This document shows positions 18,704 to 27,733 of a DNA stretch of 64,000 nt, piece by piece. Source of the DNA: a virus; the IMG/VR virus record IMGVR_UViG_3300025073_000448, one strand, 5' to 3'. The position numbers and the translations under genes are program-made. The number at the start of each line of letters is the position of its first letter. Position 1 is the first letter of the stretch. The notes under the pieces are model-generated. The model was not told where the DNA came from. It was given only the letters and a program-made list of their open reading frames with translations, and did not search any database.

Positions 18704-18997
18704 ATGGGTTCATCGCAGGAAATCATCACCGTCCACGAAGTAACCTACGCATCCGGCGCCAAGCGGGTAAGCGTGCTCTGCAATGACGTCGAGGAGGTTC
18801 GCGGCATGGTGGATAAGTTTCTCGGCTCCTCTTCGCCAGGTGGCAACAGCGACCACGATCAGTCACTCAAAATCACAAGGAAGGCGATGTCGAGAAAAGA
18901 GTTCGATTCCCTTGAAGATTGGGATGGAGGTGGTGGAGGTGGTGGAGGAAAGGCCGGGAGGATGGAAGCCGGGAAGGGTGGGAGGCCAACGCCATGA
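18704..18997 (+). CDS. Hypothetical protein
   Basis: ORF bridging adjacent genes, coupled to the next gene. Confidence 0.55.
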   Translation: MGSSQEIITVHEVTYASGAKRVSVLCNDVEEVRGMVDKFLGSSSPGGNSDHDQSLKITRKAMSRKEFDSLEDWDGGGGGGGGKAGRMEAGKGGRPTP

Positions 18998-19497
18998 CGC
19001 CCCCCTCCCTCTTCACGGACCTCACCGTCATTTCTTGCCCCAACTGCAACGCGAATTATGCCGCCTCTCAGTCGATCTGCCCTCGGTGCCGGGGAATGGG
19101 TGGAAAGAAACATGAATGCGCTGACGGGGCTAAAAAGGGGGTTAATGGAGGTAATGACGTTGAAGGCAATGGAAGCAATCCCCCCCTCTTCGAGGCAACG
19201 GAAGGCCCCGAGCGAGACCTAGAGGAAGAGGTGGAGGCGTGGCTTGATGAGCAGCATTACTATTTTTTTCATGACAGATCAAAAAAAGCGAATTCCCCGG
19301 GCTTCCTTGATCTGGTGATTGCGCTTCCAAGAGCTGTCACTGCATGGCTCGAGTTAAAAAAGAAAAATGAGTACCCGACGAAGGAGCAAAAAGAAACGAT
19401 TCAGCATTTGAGCGCGCTTGGCCATCATGTTAAGGTGGCGAGAAGCTTGGAAGAGGTGAAGGCTTGGATTGAGGGATTGCTTGGAAGGGAGGAATAG
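18994..19497 (+). CDS. VRR-NUC domain nuclease with N-terminal zinc ribbon
   Basis: ERDLEEEV...PGFLDL...WLELK...PTKEQ...VARSLEEV. Confidence 0.85.
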   Translation: MTPPSLFTDLTVISCPNCNANYAASQSICPRCRGMGGKKHECADGAKKGVNGGNDVEGNGSNPPLFEATEGPERDLEEEVEAWLDEQHYYFFHDRSKKANSPGFLDLVIALPRAVTAWLELKKKNEYPTKEQKETIQHLSALGHHVKVARSLEEVKAWIEGLLGREE

Positions 19498-19503
19498 TGC
19501 CTC

Positions 19504-19593
19504 GTGTTCCCCACATGCGCGGGGATGAACCGATGATGATCGACGGGCTGGTCACAGTCAAGGTGTGTTCCCCACATGCGCGGGGATGAACCG
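19504..19593 (+). CRISPR. Type I-E-like CRISPR mini-array: 2 identical 29-nt repeats, 1 spacer of 32 nt, no cas genes
   Basis: GTGTTCCCCACATGCGCGGGGATGAACCG at 19504-19532 and 19565-19593; spacer ATGATGATCGACGGGCTGGTCACAGTCAAGGT. Confidence 0.93.
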
Positions 19594-19640
19594 GCATCGT
19601 TGTGGATGGATGGATGGGCGAGAAGGAGGGATATAAAACA

Positions 19641-20072
19641 ATGAACGCAAGGCCAACAATCGATCCAAGATACCTCTGTCAGCAGCATCTGAATGGTGCC
19701 CACTTTGAACACCACAAGCATGAGAAGAAGTGGACGGTCAAGAAGATGCGCCCCGGAAAATACCTCACCAACAATTGTTTCGAGCCGGCCAACTACAAAG
19801 CAAGGCATGACGAGTTCGTGGCGGAAATGCTGCGGCGCGGAGGAAACCACAACTCTCCGATTGAGCAGCCGGATTTTAGCTATTTGCCCGACGAGGAGCG
19901 CGAATGGAAGGCAGACCCGGAGGCCGCCAGACAGGCTCTCATGGATCGGTGTTGGGAGTACAGGACCATGATCTTGCATCGCGTGGACTTTTTGTCGATG
20001 ATGGAGGCCGGGGGTCAAGCACAAAAAGAAGCATGGAAGGAATCACGAAAAGGGAAAAGGAGCATGGAATGA
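19641..20072 (+). CDS. Pyrimidine-dimer DNA glycosylase/endonuclease V-like protein
   Basis: IDPRYLCQQHLNGAHFEHH...RHDEFVAEMLRRGGNHNSP matches the DenV-like (Pyr_excise) pattern. Confidence 0.65.
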   Translation: MNARPTIDPRYLCQQHLNGAHFEHHKHEKKWTVKKMRPGKYLTNNCFEPANYKARHDEFVAEMLRRGGNHNSPIEQPDFSYLPDEEREWKADPEAARQALMDRCWEYRTMILHRVDFLSMMEAGGQAQKEAWKESRKGKRSME

Positions 20073-20659
20073 ATCATCTCTTGCAAGAGGATGACTGCGC
20101 GCCGGATGCCCGAGAGTCATTCGACAAAGACATGAAATTCAGGTTTGGATTCGGTCTTGAGGAATTCAAGAAAAACGGCACCTTGACCTACCCGGATGAA
20201 CTTACCATGGAATGGAGGTACAAGGGGTTCGTGCTGTCCTATGCCGGGGATGCGCCGTGGCATGTTCTGGATTTGGATGAGGAGAACCGGGAAAACATAA
20301 TAGCTTTGAAATCCGGGTTGCTGGGGATGTCGAGAATGAGCGTGGAGTACACAGTCATCCCTCTTCCCTGCCGCCGCTGCAACAACACGGAGCGCGAGCA
20401 ACCCACGCCGGGCCTGTGCTCGTGGTGCCATGCCGTGGCCTATCCGGACTCGGACACCAGCGCCGAGCGCCAGGAGGAGATAGACCGGCGCATCCGGCAA
20501 ATGAAAGAAGTCCACGAGCTCGATATCGCGATGGATGAATACCAGCGCGCGCAATGGATCGAGGCCGGGAAGCGGATTTTAGGTGGAATGGTGCTGTCGG
20601 TGCCGGGCAGGGAAGGCACTGAATGCCGAGAAGGGGGAATCGGCCTTGGGCCAAAATAG
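20069..20659 (+). CDS. Hypothetical protein with zinc ribbon
   Basis: ATGA-coupled; CRRC...CSWC. Confidence 0.65.
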   Translation: MNHLLQEDDCAPDARESFDKDMKFRFGFGLEEFKKNGTLTYPDELTMEWRYKGFVLSYAGDAPWHVLDLDEENRENIIALKSGLLGMSRMSVEYTVIPLPCRRCNNTEREQPTPGLCSWCHAVAYPDSDTSAERQEEIDRRIRQMKEVHELDIAMDEYQRAQWIEAGKRILGGMVLSVPGREGTECREGGIGLGPK

Positions 20660-21260
20660 CGGAAGCAGCGGCAACGACCGCCAAGCCCCCAACGCCCGCG
20701 ATGCAGTCTCCCCAGACCGCCTCGTCTATTTAGGCTCTCTGGTCTCCCGTTGGGCCGAGTACGAATCAATCCGCATCGCCGGCAGGGCCTTTTCCCTTCC
20801 ACCGTCCATGCAGTGCCTGCGCTATGATGTTCACACCGGAGGCGTTCACGTCGTATCCGAGGGGCCGTGCTACATCGCCTCCACGGCGAAGAAGGAGCAC
20901 CGCATCGTTGAGGAGTTCGGATTTGCTTTCCGCGCGCTCGACACCCGGAATCAGGTTCTGATCCTGGTTGACCATTTCGACGGATTTGAAATTGTCGAGC
21001 AGCTCATGATATTCTCCGGGGACGGGGAGAGGCGGAGGTTTTTCGGGGAGATTTGCGGGGGAGGAAAAAGCGAAGGTAACAATGGTGAGGAAGGGAGTGG
21101 CGGGGAGAGAGGCGATGATGGCGGGTCCCGCTCTCCATCTTCAAGTGGAATACAGGCCCGGCTCGACCTGGCATGGACCGCACTTAATGTCGAGTGGAGG
21201 AAGCGGGAACGGGAGATGAAGGCCTTGAAGAGAGAAGAAATCAAGGACAGGGAGGGATAG
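20646..21260 (+). CDS. Hypothetical protein (start uncertain; TTG at 20646 has an RBS)
   Basis: Open frame filling the gap between neighbours. Confidence 0.5.
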   Translation: MGQNSGSSGNDRQAPNARDAVSPDRLVYLGSLVSRWAEYESIRIAGRAFSLPPSMQCLRYDVHTGGVHVVSEGPCYIASTAKKEHRIVEEFGFAFRALDTRNQVLILVDHFDGFEIVEQLMIFSGDGERRRFFGEICGGGKSEGNNGEEGSGGERGDDGGSRSPSSSGIQARLDLAWTALNVEWRKREREMKALKREEIKDREG

Positions 21261-21265
21261 GGGAG

Positions 21266-21952
21266 ATGAAAGACAATAGTGAATTCTTAATTGAGTCTTC
21301 CGTAGTGACTCCTCTTCTTTTGGATACATTGGATAATGAGAATATTTACCCGTCCATGGGACAAGTGTGTACATGGTCCAATGAGCAATGGGCTGCATAT
21401 CATTTACACCGTTCCATGATGCATTTTGATAAACCATACTTAATTTCCATGCGAGAAACCAGCCCAAGAAGGGCACAACGTTGTTGGCTTGGTCCGCTAT
21501 TGGTTTCATCGGGATGGGCAGACAATGAAAAATTTAGACCCAACAAGCATACATGGGACATTGCAACTTTGGCAATATACCTATACACTGCTGGTTCAAT
21601 TTCAGAAAAGACACATATTTATCATACTCAATATTGCAAAGAATATTATATAGTACGAAGTATTTTGGTGCGAAAACAACGAGACGCCGCAAAAATAACA
21701 TGTATTGTTTTTTCTAGAGACATCCTTAGATATTTTTACATTTACCATAGATATGATATGTCGTTTCTTCTAAGGGGCATGGCTAAGCTTGGCATTGATA
21801 TTGTTGCATTGCGACAAGACGTTGACGAGATCATGAGGTTTTTAATCAGGAAACCTGCAAGTAGAAATAGAATGAACAGTCTTGGTCAATGGGATTGGCG
21901 CCCTCCACCCAAGAAAGAATCTGATTTTGAATTTGTTTTTGGAGGTTATTAA
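21266..21952 (+). CDS. AT-rich hypothetical protein
   Basis: GGGGAG RBS; markedly lower GC than flanks. Confidence 0.65.
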   Translation: MKDNSEFLIESSVVTPLLLDTLDNENIYPSMGQVCTWSNEQWAAYHLHRSMMHFDKPYLISMRETSPRRAQRCWLGPLLVSSGWADNEKFRPNKHTWDIATLAIYLYTAGSISEKTHIYHTQYCKEYYIVRSILVRKQRDAAKITCIVFSRDILRYFYIYHRYDMSFLLRGMAKLGIDIVALRQDVDEIMRFLIRKPASRNRMNSLGQWDWRPPPKKESDFEFVFGGY

Positions 21953-21975
21953 ATAGAGAGTGGGAAGGATAAGCC

Positions 21976-22497
21976 ATGGCGCGCAGACCATCATCACAAG
22001 GAAAGCCAATCACTACCCTTCGAGGGGAAGTATCGGCATCAAAACCACCCGCGAAACCCGCACCGCAATCCTCCACACCCTCATCATCTTTCCCATCCTC
22101 CCCGCCATCCTCAATAGAAAAAACAGTATCCCGCCTCCTGAAATTCACCGCCTCGGCCTGCCATTCGGAGATCACGGACGCACTTCGTCACGAGATCCCG
22201 CGGCCAAACATCGCATCGCTCCCGCCCGTACCGGACCACACGCACCGCACACTCCGCTCCATCGGACGCAGGCTTTCCCCCTCGAGGCCGTTTTGTCCCG
22301 ATACCGTGAAAAAGCTCGTGGCCCAGGCCGGGTTGCCGGCGAAGCAGCTCCCGGGAAAAGGGTGGTGGGCGGTGAGGGATGATGACATTGAGGCTTGGAT
22401 TGAGGAGTATATGGCGCGTGAGGAGGGAGGTGGCGGAGTGGCGATGGAAGGCGAGAGACGTGACGGAGAAATGGAAAATAAAAAGAAAAAGCCTTGA
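21976..22497 (+). CDS. Excisionase/MerR-like HTH protein
   Basis: CPDTVKKLVAQAGLPAKQLPGKGWWAVRDDDIEAWI. Confidence 0.6.
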   Translation: MARRPSSQGKPITTLRGEVSASKPPAKPAPQSSTPSSSFPSSPPSSIEKTVSRLLKFTASACHSEITDALRHEIPRPNIASLPPVPDHTHRTLRSIGRRLSPSRPFCPDTVKKLVAQAGLPAKQLPGKGWWAVRDDDIEAWIEEYMAREEGGGGVAMEGERRDGEMENKKKKP

Positions 22498-22543
22498 AGG
22501 AGAGGAGGTGCAACGCCATGCCCTTCCCCTTCAAGGCTTTTTT
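22486..22543. terminator. Bidirectional terminator-like hairpin between convergent blocks (47-bp REP-like element)
   Basis: AAAAAGCCTTGAAGG...CCTTCAAGGCTTTTT, 15-bp arms with A and T tracts. Confidence 0.8.
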
Positions 22544-22569
22544 CTGCTTTCGATCTCTTGCCTTCGTGC

Positions 22570-23036
22570 TTACCTCCGCGCGCTCTCGCTCTTAACTCCG
22601 CCCCTACCCATCCCACCCATGACGGTCACGCGATCCCACTCGGGACGGATCGCAACGTAAGTCACATCCTCAAAAATGCACACCAGGTCTCCGCCGTCAA
22701 CCGGGAAAGGGTTGTTGCCGGGGTCTGCGGCGTGGTCTTTTCTGAAGATCTCGCGTCGCAGGAAGGCCGGGTACTCAGGGGAGAAGTGGAGAGGATCTCC
22801 CGAGGGTTGGGTGGTGGTGAGTATGGGGATCATGTGCTTGACGGCGAGGTGGCGGCACTTGTTCCAGGACCTCACGTTCTGATGCCAGTAGTAGTTTGCC
22901 AGGGGAAGGTGGAGCGGGGCCGAGAAATGATGGAGCGGGGCCGAGAAGGGGGGGGGGGAATTTCATTCTGCGTGGCGAGCTGGGTTGTAAGCTGCGTGGC
23001 GGGATGGGCGTCGTGTTTTTCTGTAATGGTCGTCAT
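22570..23036 (-). pseudogene. Gene split by a frameshift at a G11 homopolymer (possibly phase-variable)
   Basis: ORF from ATG 23036 (AAGGAG RBS) would join the 22570-ending frame if the run at 22948-22958 were 9 or 12 nt. Confidence 0.55.
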
Positions 23037-23087
23037 GGCATTTCTCCTTGTCGGTATTCTTGTGGGTTTACATTCAAGGCAATGTGC

Positions 23088-23405
23088 TCAGTCAACAATC
23101 TCATTCTCCAAAAACTTCTTCATCTTTTCTTCCCAGTATCGATCTTCCCGCCTCTTCCTCAGCACCTTCCTTCCCTCTTCTCCGTACCCTCCATTCTTCG
23201 CAACAATCTCTTCTCGCTTCCCTCGCATTTCGATCAGTCGCTCCCGCAAGCTGCTCACCACCACGAATCGCTTTCCTCCCTCGAGGGAGGACCGGACCTT
23301 CTCTTCGGTCATCATCATCCGGATCCACCGGTCGGTCATTCCGGTTGCGCGGGCGGCGGAGGCCGGTGAGAGGATTTGTTCGCCTTTTTGGTTGTAGAGT
23401 GGCAT
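23088..23405 (-). CDS. HTH DNA-binding protein
   Basis: LSPASAARATGMTDRWIRMM...GGKRFVVVSSL. Confidence 0.7.
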   Translation of the reverse strand: MPLYNQKGEQILSPASAARATGMTDRWIRMMMTEEKVRSSLEGGKRFVVVSSLRERLIEMRGKREEIVAKNGGYGEEGRKVLRKRREDRYWEEKMKKFLENEIVD

Positions 23406-23411
23406 GGCTGG

Positions 23412-23666
23412 TTATCCTTTCTTTCTCCGTATTATTATTGTTCGTTTGCGCTCAATGCGATTGACGCTCTCACCAGGGCTGGCAAGGGAGTTGGGAAGGG
23501 GAAGGGACGCGATTAGATCATCCACTTCCGGCTCTTCCATCTCGGCGGGCTTCGGGTCGTTGCGCTTCAGATCGTGGAGCCTGCCGATCAGGCGCAGGGC
23601 GTAGAGTGCCGAGCGCCATTGTGGAGTGTACTGGGTGGGGCTGGATTCATCTTCTAGGGGTGGCAT
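23412..23666 (-). CDS. Hypothetical protein
   Basis: GGAGGAG RBS before ATG 23666. Confidence 0.55.
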   Translation of the reverse strand: MPPLEDESSPTQYTPQWRSALYALRLIGRLHDLKRNDPKPAEMEEPEVDDLIASLPLPNSLASPGESVNRIERKRTIIIRRKKG

Positions 23667-23718
23667 GTTAAGAAATCTCCTCCTTAAAATGCTGAGCGGG
23701 TGTGGTTGAGGCACAGAG

Positions 23719-24060
23719 TTAGTCAGCAAGAGCGGAATTGAACCCTTCCCAGTATTCGCGGGCGTTGGGCTCAATCCCCGCGGCCTTCATCTCTATGTAA
23801 TCCTCGTCGGGTATGTCTTGCGTGGAGTTGACCATCTCATCCACGTTGACCGGATTGGCAACAGAAGGATTGTCTTCACTGCACCACCGACCATAGGCGC
23901 GTCCAAATTCACGGGCCGTCTTTTCGGGGCCAGGGCGGTAATCCAGATCGATGCCTTCGTACTCATTCCGGCAGCTCGGTTGGCAAAAAATGTTCGGATC
24001 ATCGTCATTGGGGACCTCAAACTTTTTGCCACATTGCATGCATTCTCTGATTTCGGTCAT
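23719..24060 (-). CDS. Hypothetical protein with N-terminal zinc finger
   Basis: CMQCGKKF...FCQPSC; RBS AAAGGGAG. Confidence 0.7.
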   Translation of the reverse strand: MTEIRECMQCGKKFEVPNDDDPNIFCQPSCRNEYEGIDLDYRPGPEKTAREFGRAYGRWCSEDNPSVANPVNVDEMVNSTQDIPDEDYIEMKAAGIEPNAREYWEGFNSALAD

Positions 24061-24177
24061 GGTTGTCTCTCCCTTTCTTGTTGGTCATCGTCACTGCTTC
24101 GCCTGCCTTCTCCCCGCGCTCCCGGTGTCCAGGTCGAGAGCGTAGGGGGAAATCAGGGGTTGAGACATGAGGGAGGG

Positions 24178-24591
24178 TTAACTGGCGACAGCGCGGACAA
24201 GCGCCACGGTTAAGGGCTCTTCGGCCTTGAGTGCTGTGTTCATCTGGTCGCACCATTGCCTGGCGATGACCATCAAACTTTCCCATGCGGCATCAGACCA
24301 CAATCCTTCGCGGTCTTCATCGTCAGCGGTGGAATATCGAGAATATTCAGGGCCGTCGTACCGATGATCCAAGCCGTAAGGATTGAAGGCGGCGAGGAAT
24401 TGGGAGAGCTTCCCGTCGTGTTTCTTGCCGTCAATGCCTTCCATTTTGTCTTTGAGCCAGAGTCCGTGATTCCCGGTTGACTTCATGCTGCCTTCTCGGA
24501 TGATGAGCGAGCCATCTTTGAGTCCCTTTGCCAGCCACCCCACCGTTCCCCGTGCCGTTCCGATTGCTTTGACTTCAATTTCCATCTTCAT
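24178..24591 (-). CDS. Hypothetical protein
   Basis: AAGGAG RBS; first gene after the leftward promoter. Confidence 0.7.
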   Translation of the reverse strand: MKMEIEVKAIGTARGTVGWLAKGLKDGSLIIREGSMKSTGNHGLWLKDKMEGIDGKKHDGKLSQFLAAFNPYGLDHRYDGPEYSRYSTADDEDREGLWSDAAWESLMVIARQWCDQMNTALKAEEPLTVALVRAVAS

Positions 24592-24658
24592 TTTCATCTC
24601 CTTTTCCAAACTTTTTTCGCCACCCTTCATTTTTCCGTGAAAATTAACCGTCAAAAAC

Positions 24659-24687
24659 ACCTTAATACTTCCGAAAACGGAAGTCAA
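24659..24687 (-). promoter_or_regulatory. Leftward sigma70 promoter with a palindromic operator in its spacer
   Basis: TTGACT-17nt-TAAGGT; ACTTCCG-AAAA-CGGAAGT dyad at 24667-24684. Confidence 0.6.
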
Positions 24688-25109
24688 GAATTATTTTTTG
24701 CGGAAACAATTCCCCAATAATTTCACGGAATATAAAATTGGTAAGGAAAAATCATAAAAAAACACAAGCAATTCCAGCAACATAGTTTTTATTGGTAAGG
24801 TCGTCCGACCTTTTAACGGTATGACCATTTGATGGTATGACCTTGAAGTGGAGAAGGATTCTTGTATTTTCCAGGACTTGACATCTTCGAGGCAAATGTG
24901 CAATCGTCCGCGCGTGGGGTCGGACCACGGCCGCCACGGGGACGCCGCAGGAGAGGTCCCACCCATGCTACGATGGGGAGATCCGTCCTTTTTCCGGGAA
25001 GAAGAGTAATCCCTTGTTTCCCTCCTCCTTTCAAGGACTTACTGAGCTTCTCGGAATGGTTCCCGACGAAAGTTTCAAGGCTTCACCCTTTCAACCCCCT
25101 CTTCCTCCA

Positions 25110-25167
25110 GGGGCGAGTGCTCCGCTCACAAATCGGCCTTACCCACCGATTCGGAGTTACTCGCCCC
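25110..25167 (+). other. Long irregular RNA hairpin in a non-coding region
   Basis: GGGGCGAGT/ACTCGCCCC, GCTCCG/CGGAGT and AATCGG/CCGATT nested stems, followed by a U-rich tail. Confidence 0.55.
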
Positions 25168-25382
25168 GCCTTTTCTTCGCTTCTGCACCGATTCCGCACT
25201 ACCCCGCCCTGATATACCCGCCTATCCCGACACAAATTCATTCCTTCAAGGTTTTTCTGGCCGTTTTGACCGCGCATCTGTATGATAATGCTCCAAGAAC
25301 AGTATTCTGCCGGGGAACGGATCGAGAACGGTGAGAAATACAGACACAGCAAGCCTTGAAGGGGAGGAGGGCTTAGAGAAAA

Positions 25383-26762
25383 ATGGGGGGAGATCGTCCA
25401 GCGTCACCGGCGTCGCCAGCATCATCGGCGCAGGCCAAGCGAGCGGGGAGCGCGGGCAGCTTTGTGAACTACCACGAAGACATCATGGGCTTCGCGTCGC
25501 CATGCTCGCTCATCGATGACTCAACGAGGTCCCTGGCGGCCGCCGTGCTCGCCCAAGCAGTGGAGGATGCAACGGTTGTGGCGCTCTGGCCCGTGAGCGG
25601 AATAGTCCACGAGACCTGGGAGCGGGACCTCTGGCTCGAGCTGGGTGCCTGGTTCCTTGATGGCGAGGATGGGGCCGAGTGGTTTGGCGGCGGGATCTGG
25701 CAGACGCTGGTCGGCGTGGTCCATAGCCGGGCACAAGCTCATGCGGTGAGCTGGAAAAGGACGAAGAACCGGCAGTATGGCGCCATATGGGGGACATGGA
25801 CCGAGCGCAACACCGTCGAGGCCGAGCGCGAAGCTCATCGTCAAGCCTGCCAGGAAGGACGGGAAGTCCCTGAAGCATACGTCCCTCCGGTTCGCAGAAT
25901 GCCATCCTCGGATCACTACACAACCCCCGCCCCACTTTCAAAGCAGTTCCTACAGCGTAACTACGGCCCGAAAATCAGCATCCTGTTTTGCAGTGATGCC
26001 CTCGACATGGAGCCCGCCACAATTCTCAGGCTCACGGCGCAGCGCATCATCCAGACGGCGATTCGGACCACGTTTCTCCGAGCTCGCCAAGTAGCCATGG
26101 CCGAGATTGCCGGGCGCCGTCCGGGGGATCTGTTTGGAGATGATTGGATTGCACTCCCCTCGGAAGAGTGGTTTTCGCTCGAGGCCCCCGGGATTCCTCC
26201 CTTCGAGGTTTTTCACGGGACTGGCAGGGCTGGCGGTGAAGTGAAAGAGGGCATCCAGCAAGATCAAATCCCGTTCACACTGGCATGGTGCTGCAGGCAT
26301 GCGCGGATTTCTCCCGATGTATTGCGCGGGAGAGTGGCTGAGGCCATGTATGCGAGCGTTGAGTTGGAGAGCGAGGAGTGGCGCGAAGCCTTGAAGGGTG
26401 GGGGCGATGGCGAGGAAGATGGCGTTACTGTTGACGTTGCCTCCGTTCTCCACTTGGTTTTCTCGGCTTCCCATCGAGCTTCGATGACGCTGGATGCGGA
26501 ACTGGACTTGCGCGGGATTTTGAGTGGTGGAATGAGAATGGCGAACATGGACAGGAGAATGAAGGAAGAAGCAGAAGAGGCGCTGAGGGAGGAAGTGTTA
26601 AAGGGGGAAACCTGGAAGGAAGTAGGCGAAGAGCAGATCGAGCCATCAGAATTTCTTCCCCTTCCAAGCTTGGAGGATCATGCGGCGGTTCGAGGCCCGG
26701 CGGTCGAGGCAATTTTGGCGATGGAGCTCCAGCGGTGGCAGCAGAACGTGGCGGCGGTTTAA
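25383..26762 (+). CDS. Hypothetical protein (start uncertain), possibly a late regulator
   Basis: Long ORF heading the late block; LAAAVLAQAVEDA-type phage motif. Confidence 0.6.
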   Translation: MGGDRPASPASPASSAQAKRAGSAGSFVNYHEDIMGFASPCSLIDDSTRSLAAAVLAQAVEDATVVALWPVSGIVHETWERDLWLELGAWFLDGEDGAEWFGGGIWQTLVGVVHSRAQAHAVSWKRTKNRQYGAIWGTWTERNTVEAEREAHRQACQEGREVPEAYVPPVRRMPSSDHYTTPAPLSKQFLQRNYGPKISILFCSDALDMEPATILRLTAQRIIQTAIRTTFLRARQVAMAEIAGRRPGDLFGDDWIALPSEEWFSLEAPGIPPFEVFHGTGRAGGEVKEGIQQDQIPFTLAWCCRHARISPDVLRGRVAEAMYASVELESEEWREALKGGGDGEEDGVTVDVASVLHLVFSASHRASMTLDAELDLRGILSGGMRMANMDRRMKEEAEEALREEVLKGETWKEVGEEQIEPSEFLPLPSLEDHAAVRGPAVEAILAMELQRWQQNVAAV

Positions 26763-26834
26763 GCTGCTGATCATGGCGCGCTAGAGCGTAAACCTTGATG
26801 AGAAATCATAATCTCCACGAGGGAGAGCGGCATA

Positions 26835-27179
26835 ATGGCAATGCAGAGGTCGAGTCACAATGGTAACCAAACCGAGTGTGAAACATGCGATTTTCATCCG
26901 GAGTTCGCGGCCCTGCTCACCACGGCCATGACCGATCTTAAATGGATCAGGTGGACTGGCTATGGCATCCTGTGCGTCACCGGTTCATTTCTGCTCACAA
27001 TCTGGTCGGTGTTATACCCTCAAATCATGAGCATAAATGAGCAGTTGCAGCACATGAGGATTGCGACGGAGGTCAACACTCGGGAGATCGCGGCGCTGAA
27101 AGTCGCGGATGGAGAGAGTAAAGACGATCGCCGGCAGATCCGGGCGAGCATTGAGAAGATTTGGAAAGGGGATAAGTGA
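26835..27179 (+). CDS. Single-TM membrane protein, lysis-module associated
   Basis: One TM helix plus coiled coil; position before holin-like genes. Confidence 0.6.
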   Translation: MAMQRSSHNGNQTECETCDFHPEFAALLTTAMTDLKWIRWTGYGILCVTGSFLLTIWSVLYPQIMSINEQLQHMRIATEVNTREIAALKVADGESKDDRRQIRASIEKIWKGDK

Positions 27180-27225
27180 GAACCGAATTAAAAACGTGGA
27201 AAAATCAAAAATGGGGGAAATCATC

Positions 27226-27708
27226 ATGAACAGCATGAACACGGAAAGAATCATCAAGCATAGTCATTTCTGGAACATCATGGTAGGAATCTTCGCCTTC
27301 ATGGCGCTCACCTCCACCTTCATGGCATCGCTTTCCATTCTTGGAGGATGCGCAGGCATGTCCGTGCAGGACACCGTTGAAAGCATTGCAGAGAAGGCTG
27401 GGTTCGCGGCCTATGCCTATCTTCCCGAGTATCGGCACGTCACGTTGACGACCTGCACCGTAAAGGATGTGATCCAGACTGGAGACGACCCGCTTGTCAT
27501 TCAGGGGCTAATCGAAGAGCAGATCGGCCAGATCTGGGTGGCGAGCACCAAGACCGACAAGGTTTTCGTGGCGCTTCTGCTTAATGACATGGTGCGCGTC
27601 ATGGGGCTTAAGAGCGAGAAGGCGCCCACAATGGAGCATGTGGCGAAGTGGCTTGGATTCCTGGATGCGTTCTGTGGCGGAGTGGACCTGGCTTCGAAGG
27701 TGAAGTGA
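27226..27708 (+). CDS. Putative lipoprotein (possible spanin-like)
   Basis: Hydrophobic stretch ending in lipobox-like ILGG-C. Confidence 0.55.
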   Translation: MNSMNTERIIKHSHFWNIMVGIFAFMALTSTFMASLSILGGCAGMSVQDTVESIAEKAGFAAYAYLPEYRHVTLTTCTVKDVIQTGDDPLVIQGLIEEQIGQIWVASTKTDKVFVALLLNDMVRVMGLKSEKAPTMEHVAKWLGFLDAFCGGVDLASKVK

Positions 27709-27733
27709 CGAAAGCGAGAGGCGGAGTGAAGCG

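Noticed and set aside
19533-19564. Self-targeting of the CRISPR spacer, e.g. ATGATGAT near 23310 on the minus strand
   Set aside because: Only about 8 nt match; no extended protospacer found by eye, though a computational search is still needed
19594-19640. Second spacer and third repeat of the mini-array
   Set aside because: No repeat-like sequence follows; the segment runs into the RBS of the next gene
25014-25334. 106-aa ORF in the control region
   Set aside because: TTG start without RBS, Pro-rich low-complexity product, overlaps a strong hairpin
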